Notes: generated by a model not told the origin, from the letters alone. DNA of 64,000 bases from Desulfitobacterium chlororespirans DSM 11544 (GCF_900143285.1 NZ_FRDN01000012.1:74819-138818); one strand, 5' to 3'; positions 20,069 to 29,241 are shown, counted from the stretch's first letter. Numbers and translations are program-made.

Positions 20069-20097
20069 TTGACTAAAAGACCTGTTCCATAGATAAT
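20069..20097 (+). promoter_or_regulatory. Sigma-A-like promoter (ttgact-N17-gataat) with a ~190-nt leader to the sucC-like gene
   Basis: ttgact 20069-20074; gataat 20092-20097. Confidence 0.4.
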
Positions 20098-20289
20098 AAG
20101 ATTATACAAAGAATAATGAAACTGAGTTTCGATGAGTGAAACAACAACCTTTGTATTCCTTATCCTATCCATGGTGCTCAAACTAAAATCATTGATTTAA
20201 AGTAGAGTCAAGGGAAGGGGTGAGAGACTTCTTTAGTCAGGTAAAAAAAGTCTCTGGTCAAGAAAAAACAGTATGGAAGGGATTTATGC

Positions 20290-21567
20290 ATGGCAAGATT
20301 TCTAGAGTATCAAGGTAAAGAATGGCTTGCAAAAGCAGGAATGCCGGTACCTAAGGGTCGTCCGGCATCGACCCCCGAAGAAGCAAGAGAAGCCGCTGAA
20401 TGGATTGGCGGTCCTGTTGCGGTAAAAGGTCAGGTACAAGCGGGTGGTCGTGGTAAAGCTGGGATTGTTAAACTGGTTAACACTCCCGATGAGGCAGCAG
20501 CAGCTGCTGCTGAAATTCTCTCCAAAACAGTAAAAGGCTTACCGGTGCGCAAAGTTCTTGTAGAAGAGAAATTGGATATCAAAAAAGAGTTCTATTGCTC
20601 TTTTGTCGTTAATGGAGCAAGGGAAGCCCGTTCACCAATGCTTATGTTCAGCATTGAAGGCGGTATGGATATCGAAAGTGTTCCGGAAGAGAAATTACTG
20701 AAGATCAATGTGGACCCGATCAATGGACTGCAGACTTATGATGCAGTGGATTTGGCTGCTAAAGCAGGAATAGCTCCGGAAGAATTAACGAAGTTTGCTA
20801 AATTTTTGACGAAACTTTCTCAAACTTATAAGAAATACGACTGTATGACTCTTGAGATCAACCCCTTCGTGATGACAGGGAATGGCAATCTCATCTGTGC
20901 CGACTGCAAGATGGAAATCGACAACAGTTCCGTAGGCCGTCATCCCGAGTTTGGCTTTGACATCGCCCGTGACCTGCCTGGTGAGCCCACAGAGTTGGAC
21001 TACATCGGTTGGAGCATTGAGGAAACGGATGCCCGTGGCACAGGCTTCCTCATGAATATGGGATACGATGAAGTCAGCCCCGGCTATGTTGGCTATCATC
21101 CCATCGGCGGCGGTTCGGCCATGATGGGCTTGGATGCTCTCAATCAAGTGGGTCTGAAGCCGGCCAACTATGCCGACACCAGCGGCAACCCCGTAGCTTC
21201 CAAAATTTATCGTGTTGCCAAATCGGTGCTTTCCCAGCCTAATATCGACGGCTACCTCCTTGGGGGCTTTATGATGGCCAACCAAGAACAATGGCATCAT
21301 GCTCATGCTATAGTCAAAGTGCTTCGTGAAATCCTCCCCACCCAAAAACCAGGATTGCCTTGTGTGCTCCTTCTTTGTGGTAACCGGGAAGATGAGTCTC
21401 TGGAAATTCTCAAAACCGGACTGGCTGATCTGATGACCAGTGATGGACCGGGGAAAAGAATCGAGATTTACGGAAAAGAATATGTAACCGATACGAAGTT
21501 CATTGGTGAAAGACTCTTAGCTCTGAGCAAAGACTATCGGGCTGAGAAAGAAGCTCAAGGAAAGTAG
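20290..21567 (+). CDS. ADP-forming acyl-CoA synthetase beta subunit (SucC/MtkA-like, ATP-grasp)
   Basis: MARFLEYQGKEWLAKAGMPVP N-terminus typical of the SucC ATP-grasp domain; C-terminal ligase-CoA domain. Confidence 0.8.
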   Translation: MARFLEYQGKEWLAKAGMPVPKGRPASTPEEAREAAEWIGGPVAVKGQVQAGGRGKAGIVKLVNTPDEAAAAAAEILSKTVKGLPVRKVLVEEKLDIKKEFYCSFVVNGAREARSPMLMFSIEGGMDIESVPEEKLLKINVDPINGLQTYDAVDLAAKAGIAPEELTKFAKFLTKLSQTYKKYDCMTLEINPFVMTGNGNLICADCKMEIDNSSVGRHPEFGFDIARDLPGEPTELDYIGWSIEETDARGTGFLMNMGYDEVSPGYVGYHPIGGGSAMMGLDALNQVGLKPANYADTSGNPVASKIYRVAKSVLSQPNIDGYLLGGFMMANQEQWHHAHAIVKVLREILPTQKPGLPCVLLLCGNREDESLEILKTGLADLMTSDGPGKRIEIYGKEYVTDTKFIGERLLALSKDYRAEKEAQGK

Positions 21568-21576
21568 GGAAATAAC

Positions 21577-21864
21577 GTGCTGGAATTCGCTGAAAAAAGT
21601 TGCAAAATCACAATCGATACCAGCAAGTGTGATGCGTGCGAAACAAAAGCATGTGCAGACGCCTGCAAAAAGTATGCGAGAGGTTTGCTGGGCATAGATG
21701 ATCAAGGCAGAGCTTCAGTGGCTCACCGGACTGAGGAAGAAGTTCTTCGTCTCGGCACAGAATGTCTGGCCTGTGAATTTGCCTGTAAATTCCGCGGCAA
21801 GGATGCTATCTCGATTGAAGTTCCTGTAGCCGGTCTGGACGCATACTTGGCAAAACGCGCATAA
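21577..21864 (+). CDS. Cys-rich 95-aa protein (C-x2-C-x4-C-x3-C ... C-x2-C-x3-C), putative Fe-S or metal-binding mini-protein
   Basis: Eight Cys in two clusters; 10 nt after the sucC-like stop. Confidence 0.5.
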   Translation: MLEFAEKSCKITIDTSKCDACETKACADACKKYARGLLGIDDQGRASVAHRTEEEVLRLGTECLACEFACKFRGKDAISIEVPVAGLDAYLAKRA

Positions 21865-21944
21865 TCACAGGATCGATTGAAAGACTAACTCTATAGATAG
21901 GTTACACTGGGTAAACCAGCAATTTGTTTAAATGAGGGATAAGA

Positions 21945-22841
21945 ATGGGCATTTTGATCAACAAAGAGACCAAAGTGGTTGTCCAGGGAATTACCGGACG
22001 AGAAGGCTCGGTGCGGACAAAATATATGAAAGACTATGGTACGAATCTGATCGGCGGCACAAGTCCCGGAAAAATGGGGCAGGAGATTTACGGTGTTCCG
22101 GTGTTCAATACCGTCAAGGAGATTGTCCGCGAACAAGGTGACATTGATTTCAGTGTTATCTTCGTACCGGGAAGTGCTTTAAAGACAGCTGTCATGGAAG
22201 CTGCCGATGCAGGAGTTAAAAACATTATTCCTTGCGTAGAAGGTACTCCTATTCATGACATTATGGAAATGATCGCCTATGCGAAAGGGAAAGGTTCAAG
22301 ATTGATTGGACCGGGTTCCATTGGTATTCTCACACCGGGAGAAGCTGTCGTCGGCTGGCTGGGCGGCAACGTGGAGTGGGCTAATAAGTTTTTCCAAAAA
22401 GGCCATATCGGTGTATTTTCACGCAGTGGCGGTCAATCAGGTACCATTCCTTGGGTGCTTAGAGAAGGCGGCTTCGGGGTCAGCACCGTTATTCATACCG
22501 GAACAGAGCCGGTGCTTGGCACCTCCATGGCCGATCTGTTACCCTTCTTCGAGGAAGATCCCGATACTCATGGCGTAGCTGTCTACGCAGAAATCGGCGG
22601 CACCCAGGAAGAAGAATGTGCGGAAGTTATTGCCGCCGGCAAGTTTACAAAGCCTTTTGTCATCTATGTGGCTGGTGCTTGGGCACCTGAAGGTCAACGC
22701 TTCTCTCATGCCTCCAATATCGTTGAGCGTGGACGCGGTTCGGCCAAGAGCAAGATGGAAGCAATCACCAAGGCTGGTGGCTTTGTAGCGGAAAGACCGA
22801 CAGATATTCCGTTGATCCTTAAGGAAAAGCTGGGTAAATAA
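21945..22841 (+). CDS. ADP-forming acyl-CoA synthetase alpha subunit (SucD/MtkB-like, CoA-binding, phosphohistidine)
   Basis: KVVVQGITGREG CoA-binding motif; SHASNIVERG equals the GHAGAI His loop. Confidence 0.8.
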   Translation: MGILINKETKVVVQGITGREGSVRTKYMKDYGTNLIGGTSPGKMGQEIYGVPVFNTVKEIVREQGDIDFSVIFVPGSALKTAVMEAADAGVKNIIPCVEGTPIHDIMEMIAYAKGKGSRLIGPGSIGILTPGEAVVGWLGGNVEWANKFFQKGHIGVFSRSGGQSGTIPWVLREGGFGVSTVIHTGTEPVLGTSMADLLPFFEEDPDTHGVAVYAEIGGTQEEECAEVIAAGKFTKPFVIYVAGAWAPEGQRFSHASNIVERGRGSAKSKMEAITKAGGFVAERPTDIPLILKEKLGK

Positions 22842-22862
22842 GTTCGAATTATTCACCGCAAA

Positions 22863-22905
22863 CCATTCCGGTATAGACGGTATAGCCCCGTCTATACCGG
22901 AATGG
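22863..22905. repeat. Perfect 18-bp-stem palindrome (ccattccggtatagacgg / ccgtctataccggaatgg) with no T-run
   Basis: Read directly from the sequence; a second 12-bp palindrome pair lies at 22919-22930 / 22974-22985. Confidence 0.6.
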
Positions 22906-23078
22906 GGAACATAAAGTCGGTTATTCGATGACTTAGCGTCACTGAGTGGCGTTCAGATTCAGTGGCGGTCAGCCATCGAATAACCATCAAATAACTGGCG
23001 GGCATCCGCTGATTCACTTCGCAACTAGGAGCAAATGCTCTTAGAAATATTATTAAATTATTAGGGGGTATATCTACC

Positions 23079-23966
23079 ATGGCTGTTATGAGATCCGTTA
23101 TGTACATTCCCGGAAACAATCCTAAAATGGTGGCTAAAGCACCTGAAATTCCTGCCGACATCATTACCTTCGATTTAGAGGATGCTGTACCACCCGCGGA
23201 AAAAGAAGCAGCTCGTCAGATCGTAAGAGAGAATTTAGAATATGGTGCCAAAGGCGGCGCCCAAGTATTTGTTCGTCTCAATAACTGGGAAACCGGTTTA
23301 ACCAATGATGACCTGGAAGCCGTCGTTTGGCCCGGTCTCCATGGCGTTACCCTGGCAAAAACCGGTTGTGCCGCAGACGTACAACGTCTGGAGTGGAAAC
23401 TGGAAGAGCTGGAAATGCGCCGCGGAATTCCTGTGGGAACCGTTAAAATCTCCATGCTTCTGGAAACCGCTAAAGGTATTGCCAATGCTGAAGAATGCTG
23501 CTTAGCCAGCAAGCGCAATGTCAATGCTATCTTTGGTGCTGTAGACTATTGCCGTGACATGCGCGTTAAAATCACCAATGAAGCTGTTGAACAGCAATAT
23601 GGCCGTGCTAAAGTGGGCGTAGCCTGCCGCGCTGCCGGAATCGTTGCTATCGATGCTCCTTTCGTTGATTATGCCAATATCCCTGCCTTCGAAAAGAATG
23701 TTGCCGAAGGTAAGCAAATGGGTTATGAAGGCCGCATGATCATTCATCCAGGACAAGTTGAACCTTCCAACAGAATGTATGCTCCGGATCCTGCCGATGT
23801 TAAATGGGCAAATGACGTCGTAAAAGTCTTTGAAGAAGAAGGTCTGGCCAAAGGCAAAGCTGCCGTTTCCTTAAATGGAAAAATGGTCGACACCCCTGTT
23901 TATCTCAATGCCAAAGATATCTTAGCTTCTCAAGCTGAAATTGATGCTAAAAACGCCGGCAAATAA
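23079..23966 (+). CDS. HpcH/HpaI-CitE family acyl-CoA lyase (malyl-CoA/citramalyl-CoA/citryl-CoA lyase-like)
   Basis: VMYIPGNNPKM..ITFDLEDAV N-terminal motif of the CitE/Mcl family. Confidence 0.8.
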   Translation: MAVMRSVMYIPGNNPKMVAKAPEIPADIITFDLEDAVPPAEKEAARQIVRENLEYGAKGGAQVFVRLNNWETGLTNDDLEAVVWPGLHGVTLAKTGCAADVQRLEWKLEELEMRRGIPVGTVKISMLLETAKGIANAEECCLASKRNVNAIFGAVDYCRDMRVKITNEAVEQQYGRAKVGVACRAAGIVAIDAPFVDYANIPAFEKNVAEGKQMGYEGRMIIHPGQVEPSNRMYAPDPADVKWANDVVKVFEEEGLAKGKAAVSLNGKMVDTPVYLNAKDILASQAEIDAKNAGK

Positions 23967-24150
23967 ACCGTCATAAACATGCTGTTTCAAGCGTAGATTT
24001 GAATAGGGCGGGTCGCTTCTTAGGAAGCGGCCGCCCATATTGAAGAACTGCGAAACACTGTTTCATTATATGTAAGCGTTGCTGATTTGTCATACATTTT
24101 CAGGTAGAACATATACTATCCTTTAATCGAAAATGAGAGGGGATGTCACG

Positions 24151-25407
24151 ATGACTCGTATTAAAAACCTGCGTGAAGAAGCTTTAGAATTTCACAAAGT
24201 GCAGCCGGGTAAGCTGGAAGTTCGTGTTACCGTTCCGGCCCAAGACCGGGATGACCTCACACTTGCTTATTCTCCCGGCGTTGCGGAACCTGTCAAGGAA
24301 ATTGCCGCCGATCTGGAAAACCTCGATATCTACACCAATCACGCCAACTATGTCAGCATCGTTTCCAACGGAACAGCTATTCTAGGTCTCGGTGACCTGG
24401 GCGCAGCGGCTTCCATGCCGGTTATGGAAGGTAAATCACTCCTCTTCAAAGCATTTGGGGATGTTGACGCCTTTCCTCTTTGCGTAAACACAACCGATGT
24501 GGATAAAATTGTCGAGATTGTTGAATTAACCTCACCTACCTTTGGTGGTGTTAACTTAGAAGATATCAAAGCTCCCGAATGCTTTGAAATCGAAGAAAAA
24601 CTTAAAGCACGCGGTATTTTCAAAGGACCGATTTTCCATGATGACCAACATGGTACAGCTGTTGTTACCTTGGCCGGCTTAGTCAATGCCCTTAAAGTCG
24701 TAGGCAAGAAAATCGAAGACATTAAAGTCGTTGCCAATGGTGCGGGTGCAGCCGGTATCGCGATCATTAAGCTTCTCATGAGCATGGGCTTGAAAAACGT
24801 GATCATGTGCGATACTAAAGGAGCGATTTACGAAGGTCGTACAGCAGGTATGAATCCTTGGAAAGAAGAAATCGCTAAAGCAACCAACCCTGAGAAATTC
24901 AGCGGCGATCTTGCCGGTGCTTTGGTTGGTGCCGATGCCTTCATCGGAATTTCCGCGGCTAATGTTCTCAATGAAGACATGATCCGTTCCATGGCTAAAG
25001 ATCCTATCGTCTTCTGCCAGGCTAATCCCATACCGGAAATCTGGCCGATCGAAAGAGCGTTTGAGGCCGGTGCCAAAGTTATTTCCACCGGACGCTCTGA
25101 CGTGATCAACCAGATCAATAACGTGCTGGCCTTCCCGGGAATGTTTCGCGGAGCGATTGATGTGCGGGCCACCGATATCAACGATGCTATGAAAGTTGCT
25201 GCTGCCTATGCTATCGCCGGTATTGTCAAGGATGAAGAACTCAGTGCCGATTATATCATTCCCAGCACCTTCAATCCGGAAGTTGCTCCTGCCGTAGCGG
25301 CCGCAGTCGCTAAAGCAGCCATAGATTCCGGCATTGCCAGACGCCCCATGGATCCTCAGGAAGTTGCTGATGGACTTAAAAAGAGATTGGCAAACCAATA
25401 TAAATAA
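24151..25407 (+). CDS. NAD(P)-dependent malic enzyme (malate dehydrogenase, oxaloacetate-decarboxylating)
   Basis: ATG after gagagggga; TLAYSPGVAEP, GNHANYVSIVSNGTAILGLGDLG motifs. Confidence 0.9.
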   Translation: MTRIKNLREEALEFHKVQPGKLEVRVTVPAQDRDDLTLAYSPGVAEPVKEIAADLENLDIYTNHANYVSIVSNGTAILGLGDLGAAASMPVMEGKSLLFKAFGDVDAFPLCVNTTDVDKIVEIVELTSPTFGGVNLEDIKAPECFEIEEKLKARGIFKGPIFHDDQHGTAVVTLAGLVNALKVVGKKIEDIKVVANGAGAAGIAIIKLLMSMGLKNVIMCDTKGAIYEGRTAGMNPWKEEIAKATNPEKFSGDLAGALVGADAFIGISAANVLNEDMIRSMAKDPIVFCQANPIPEIWPIERAFEAGAKVISTGRSDVINQINNVLAFPGMFRGAIDVRATDINDAMKVAAAYAIAGIVKDEELSADYIIPSTFNPEVAPAVAAAVAKAAIDSGIARRPMDPQEVADGLKKRLANQYK

Positions 25408-25457
25408 GAGAATATTTCTTGATTTTTTCATAAACCACCATAACCTAAAACCTTTGA

Positions 25458-25499
25458 GCAAGGAAGAGATGGGTTCACACCATCTTTTCCTTGCTTTTT
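25458..25499 (+). terminator. Intrinsic terminator after the malic enzyme gene
   Basis: gcaaggaagagatgg / ccatcttttccttgc 15-bp stem plus T5. Confidence 0.65.
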
Positions 25500-25651
25500 C
25501 CTATCCAAAGACAATTTATGTTGAATAAATTTTAGAAAGACATTGAAATTTTCTGTATTTTGAGGTAACCTATTGGCATGGTGGCCTGACCAAAAATACT
25601 GTATGTAGGGCCCCGAGTTTTTAGAGAGAGAATGAAGAAGGGGTGTGCCTG

Positions 25652-26227
25652 ATGGAAGACTTGAATCTCTTATATGAGCGTTTTCAGACGAAGCTCCAAG
25701 CTGTGTCTGGCGAGAGTCATCGTGTAAAAACTCTCAAAGAGGCTGAGGAGCTTATTGCTCAAATCATGAAAGAAAAGGGAATTGAAAGCGTAGCAATGGT
25801 GAATTCTCCCATGGCTGAAGCGATGAACTTGCCAGAGAAGCTTTCAGCTCACGGGGTAACAGTATATATGGAGCGCTATCCGGAAGTTACTCCTACGGTC
25901 GGTGCGGGGATCACAGAGGTGAAATGGGCTGTTGCTGAATTAGGGACCTTGGTTCAATATGCGGAAGATGTGAATGAACGCCTATGTTCCTCATTTACTC
26001 CCATACATATAGCCTTAGTTCAAACATCGGCTCTGTTGCCGAATCTTATGACTGCTCTGGCTACTGTTCATAACGAACCCAGAATTCCGGGATTTGTTGG
26101 TTTTATCACAGGTCCCAGCCGGACTTCGGATATTGAACGGGTCCTGACCATCGGCGTTCACGGCCCTGAGCAGCTGGTGGCCGTATTTGTGGATGAACAG
26201 GCAGGGGAGGGTGTAGCCAATGGCTAA
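25652..26227 (+). CDS. lutC: LUD-domain protein (LutC/YkgG-like)
   Basis: ATG 8 nt after gaagaagggg; LUD-domain length and pattern; overlaps the next gene by 8 nt. Confidence 0.65.
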   Translation: MEDLNLLYERFQTKLQAVSGESHRVKTLKEAEELIAQIMKEKGIESVAMVNSPMAEAMNLPEKLSAHGVTVYMERYPEVTPTVGAGITEVKWAVAELGTLVQYAEDVNERLCSSFTPIHIALVQTSALLPNLMTALATVHNEPRIPGFVGFITGPSRTSDIERVLTIGVHGPEQLVAVFVDEQAGEGVANG

Positions 26228-28373
26228 TGCGCATTTTAAACAAGAAATTGAGAATGCACTGGAGAATGATATCCTTAGAGGGGCATTAGGCCGTTTCGGG
26301 GATGTCTATGGGAAAAACCGGGAACAAGCTTACCAAGGGTATGATTTTCCGGCCCTGCGGGAAAAGGTTGTTGAAGTAAAATCCTATGCCGCCGAGCATC
26401 TGGATGAGATGATTGAGCAATTCGAAAAGGCTGCCACTGCGCGGGGGGCTAAGGTTTTTCATGCCGCAACAGGTGATGATGCCAAGCAATATATTATCGA
26501 GCTGGCCAAACAGCAGAAAGTTAAAAATATTGTCAAATCCAAATCCATGGCTTCCGAAGAAATTCATCTCAATGCTGCTCTGCTTAAAGAAGGCTTTGAT
26601 GTCCAGGAAACGGATTTAGGGGAATGGATCGTCCAGTTAGCAGGGCAGAGACCTTCCCACATGGTTATGCCGGCTATCCATATGACCAAAGAGCAGGTTG
26701 CGGACACCTTTAATAATAATCTGAGCTATACCAGCGATCCGGTGATTGCTAAATTGGTGAAGACGGCCCGCCAGGAAATGCGCAAAAAGTTCGTGGAGGC
26801 GGATATGGGCATTTCGGGGGCCAACATTGCGGTAGCTGAAACCGGCACCTTGATGATGATGACCAATGAAGGAAATGCCCGCTTAACGTCTACCTGGCCC
26901 CGTGTCCATGTTTTCCTGGTCGGCTTAGAGAAATTTGTCCCGAACTTTGAAGATGCGGGATATATTCTGCAGACCCTGCCCCGGAATGGCACAGCTCAGC
27001 AGCTTACCAGTTATGTAACCATGATCACCGGTCCTAATCCCACTTATTATCCCGACGGTTCCATAGAAGATAAAGAATTTCATATTATTCTTATGGATAA
27101 TGGCCGGCGCAAAATGTATGCCGATGAGCAGTTCAAACAAGTGTTCCAATGTATCCGCTGTGCTGCCTGCTTAAATGTTTGCCCGGCTTTCCAACTGGTG
27201 GGCGGACATGTTTACGGACATATTTATACCGGGGGTATCGGCACCATTTTGACCGCTTTCCTTAATTCGGAAAAGGATGCCGAGAATCCGCAAAACCTCT
27301 GTCTCCAATGCGGCAAATGTACGGAAGTATGTGCCGGTAAACTGGACATTCCGGGAATGATCCTGGAGATTCGCAATCGCATCGGTGATCAAAAGGGCTT
27401 GCCCATGACTCCGAAATTCATCCTGGATGTGGTCTCTAACCGACGCCTCTTCCACTCTTTATTGCGTGTGGCATCGAAAGCCCAGCTGCCTTTTTCCAAA
27501 GGTCAGCCCACCATTCGTCATTTGCCTTTCTTCTTGTCAGGACTGACGGAGAAGAGAAGCCTGCCGACGATTGCCGATGTTCCTTTCCGGGATGTGATCA
27601 GAAAGATGAACCAGGATGTTAAGAACCCTAAAGGCACCATTGCCTTTTTTGGCGGTTGTCTGGTGGACTTTGTCTATCCCAAAATCGGTGAAGGGGTGGT
27701 CAGGGTTTTAAATGAAAAAGGTTATAAGGTTACCTTCCCGGAAGGTCAGTCCTGCTGTGGAGCTCCCGCATCTTACATGGGCGACCGCAAAAATGCCCGC
27801 AAATCGGCAATTATGAACATCGAAGCCATGGATGCCGAAAAGGTGGATTATGTGGTTTCGGCTTGCCCCACCTGTACTCATGCCCTGATTGATAGTTTCA
27901 AAGAGCTCCTGGCCGACGATCCGGCTCTGCTCAAACGCGCTGAAGAACTCAGTAAGAAATCCATGGACTTCGCCAAGCTTCTGACGGTCTTAGGCGGCCT
28001 TGAGGAAGGGGGAGACGGAGTACCCTTAAAAGTTACTTATCATGATTCCTGCCACTTAAGACGGAAAATGGGGGTCATTGAGGAGCCACGGAATATACTC
28101 TCCAATATTAAAGGCGTGGATCTGGTGGAGATGAATGAGTCAGATCGTTGCTGTGGGTTTGCAGGCTCTTATTCCATCAAATTCCCGGAAATGTCCGGAC
28201 CGATTCTGGAAAGAAAACTTCGCAATATTGAAGCCACTGGGGCGGATGTTGTGGCTGTGGATTGCCCAGGCTGCCTGATGCAGATTAATGGAGGATTGGA
28301 TCAAACAGACCTGAAGGTCAAGGTAAAGCACACCGCAGAGTTGCTCCTGGAAAAACGCCAAAAGCAAAAATAA
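26220..28373 (+). CDS. Fused LutB-LutA-like iron-sulfur oxidoreductase (LUD domain, 2x[4Fe-4S], 2x CCG Cys-rich domains)
   Basis: CIRCAACLNVCP and CLQCGKCTEVC ferredoxin motifs, then GGCLVDF..SCCGAP and HDSCHLRR..CCGFAGSYS CCG domains (GlcF/HdrD-like). Confidence 0.75.
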   Translation: MANAHFKQEIENALENDILRGALGRFGDVYGKNREQAYQGYDFPALREKVVEVKSYAAEHLDEMIEQFEKAATARGAKVFHAATGDDAKQYIIELAKQQKVKNIVKSKSMASEEIHLNAALLKEGFDVQETDLGEWIVQLAGQRPSHMVMPAIHMTKEQVADTFNNNLSYTSDPVIAKLVKTARQEMRKKFVEADMGISGANIAVAETGTLMMMTNEGNARLTSTWPRVHVFLVGLEKFVPNFEDAGYILQTLPRNGTAQQLTSYVTMITGPNPTYYPDGSIEDKEFHIILMDNGRRKMYADEQFKQVFQCIRCAACLNVCPAFQLVGGHVYGHIYTGGIGTILTAFLNSEKDAENPQNLCLQCGKCTEVCAGKLDIPGMILEIRNRIGDQKGLPMTPKFILDVVSNRRLFHSLLRVASKAQLPFSKGQPTIRHLPFFLSGLTEKRSLPTIADVPFRDVIRKMNQDVKNPKGTIAFFGGCLVDFVYPKIGEGVVRVLNEKGYKVTFPEGQSCCGAPASYMGDRKNARKSAIMNIEAMDAEKVDYVVSACPTCTHALIDSFKELLADDPALLKRAEELSKKSMDFAKLLTVLGGLEEGGDGVPLKVTYHDSCHLRRKMGVIEEPRNILSNIKGVDLVEMNESDRCCGFAGSYSIKFPEMSGPILERKLRNIEATGADVVAVDCPGCLMQINGGLDQTDLKVKVKHTAELLLEKRQKQK

Positions 28374-28520
28374 TTTTAAATAACCGGTGGAAAAGGGAAA
28401 GATAAAAGGAAGCACTGCTCTCGTAGCCGTGCTTCCCTTAATTATTTAAGTAATATTTCCTAGAAATGCAGATTTTGTGGTAAAATAAAACTATCGATAA
28501 ACAGGGAGCTGGGAGAAACA

Positions 28521-29216
28521 ATGATTAAAGCTATTCTTTTTGACTTAGATGGAACCTTAACCTTAATGGATCAGGAAGAATTCATGAAAAACTACATAGG
28601 ACTTTTGGCTCCGCGATTTAAACAGTATATTTTCCCTGATAAATTCGCCAAGCAGCTCAACCGTTCTACTGAGGTGATGATCAAACAACCTCAGGAGGGT
28701 AAAACCAACCTGCAAACTTTTTTTGCTGATTTTACCAAAGCGACCGGGTTGACTTATCATACATTATGGCCGGTTTTTGAAGCCTTCTACACCACCGACT
28801 TTCCGGCTTTACGTCTTTTAGTCAAGTTAAATCCCCATGGCAAAGAGGCTGTAGAAACTGCTTTACAAAAGGGGTATACGGTAGCTATTGCGGCCAACCC
28901 GGTTATGCCGTTGCTGGCCATAGAAGAGCGGATTCGTTGGGCAGAGTTGTCTCCCCAAATCTTTTCTGTCATTCCGTCTATAGAATCCTTTCATTACTGC
29001 AAACCTCACACGGGCTTCTATGCCGAGTTAGCCGAGAATCTTGGCCTGCAGCCCAGTGAATGCCTCATGGTTGGCAATCATCCCGTAGAGGATGTGGCTG
29101 CTCAGGAGATTGGCATGCAGACATTTTATGTAGGTGAGCCAGTGGAGGGGATTCAGACAACCTACCAAGGGGATATTTCTGATCTGACCGGCAAGATTCG
29201 GGAAGGAAGTCTCTAG
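28521..29216 (+). CDS. HAD-superfamily hydrolase
   Basis: MIKAILFDLDGTL motif I. Confidence 0.8.
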   Translation: MIKAILFDLDGTLTLMDQEEFMKNYIGLLAPRFKQYIFPDKFAKQLNRSTEVMIKQPQEGKTNLQTFFADFTKATGLTYHTLWPVFEAFYTTDFPALRLLVKLNPHGKEAVETALQKGYTVAIAANPVMPLLAIEERIRWAELSPQIFSVIPSIESFHYCKPHTGFYAELAENLGLQPSECLMVGNHPVEDVAAQEIGMQTFYVGEPVEGIQTTYQGDISDLTGKIREGSL

Positions 29217-29241
29217 TACTAGCCAAAGTGAGGGAGCTGGA

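Noticed and set aside
20785-21345. 186-aa minus-strand ORF
   Set aside because: It is antisense inside the SucC-like gene. I rejected 42851..43441 (inside yigZ), 60697..61359 (inside apbC), 36385..36879 (inside the helicase), 13122..13646 (inside the aminotransferase) and 16086..16454 (inside the DmpA-like gene) for the same reason.
24679-25461. 260-aa minus-strand ORF in the track
   Set aside because: It lies entirely antisense to the confidently identified malic enzyme gene. Its composition is odd, with no RBS and no homology. It is a spurious antisense ORF.
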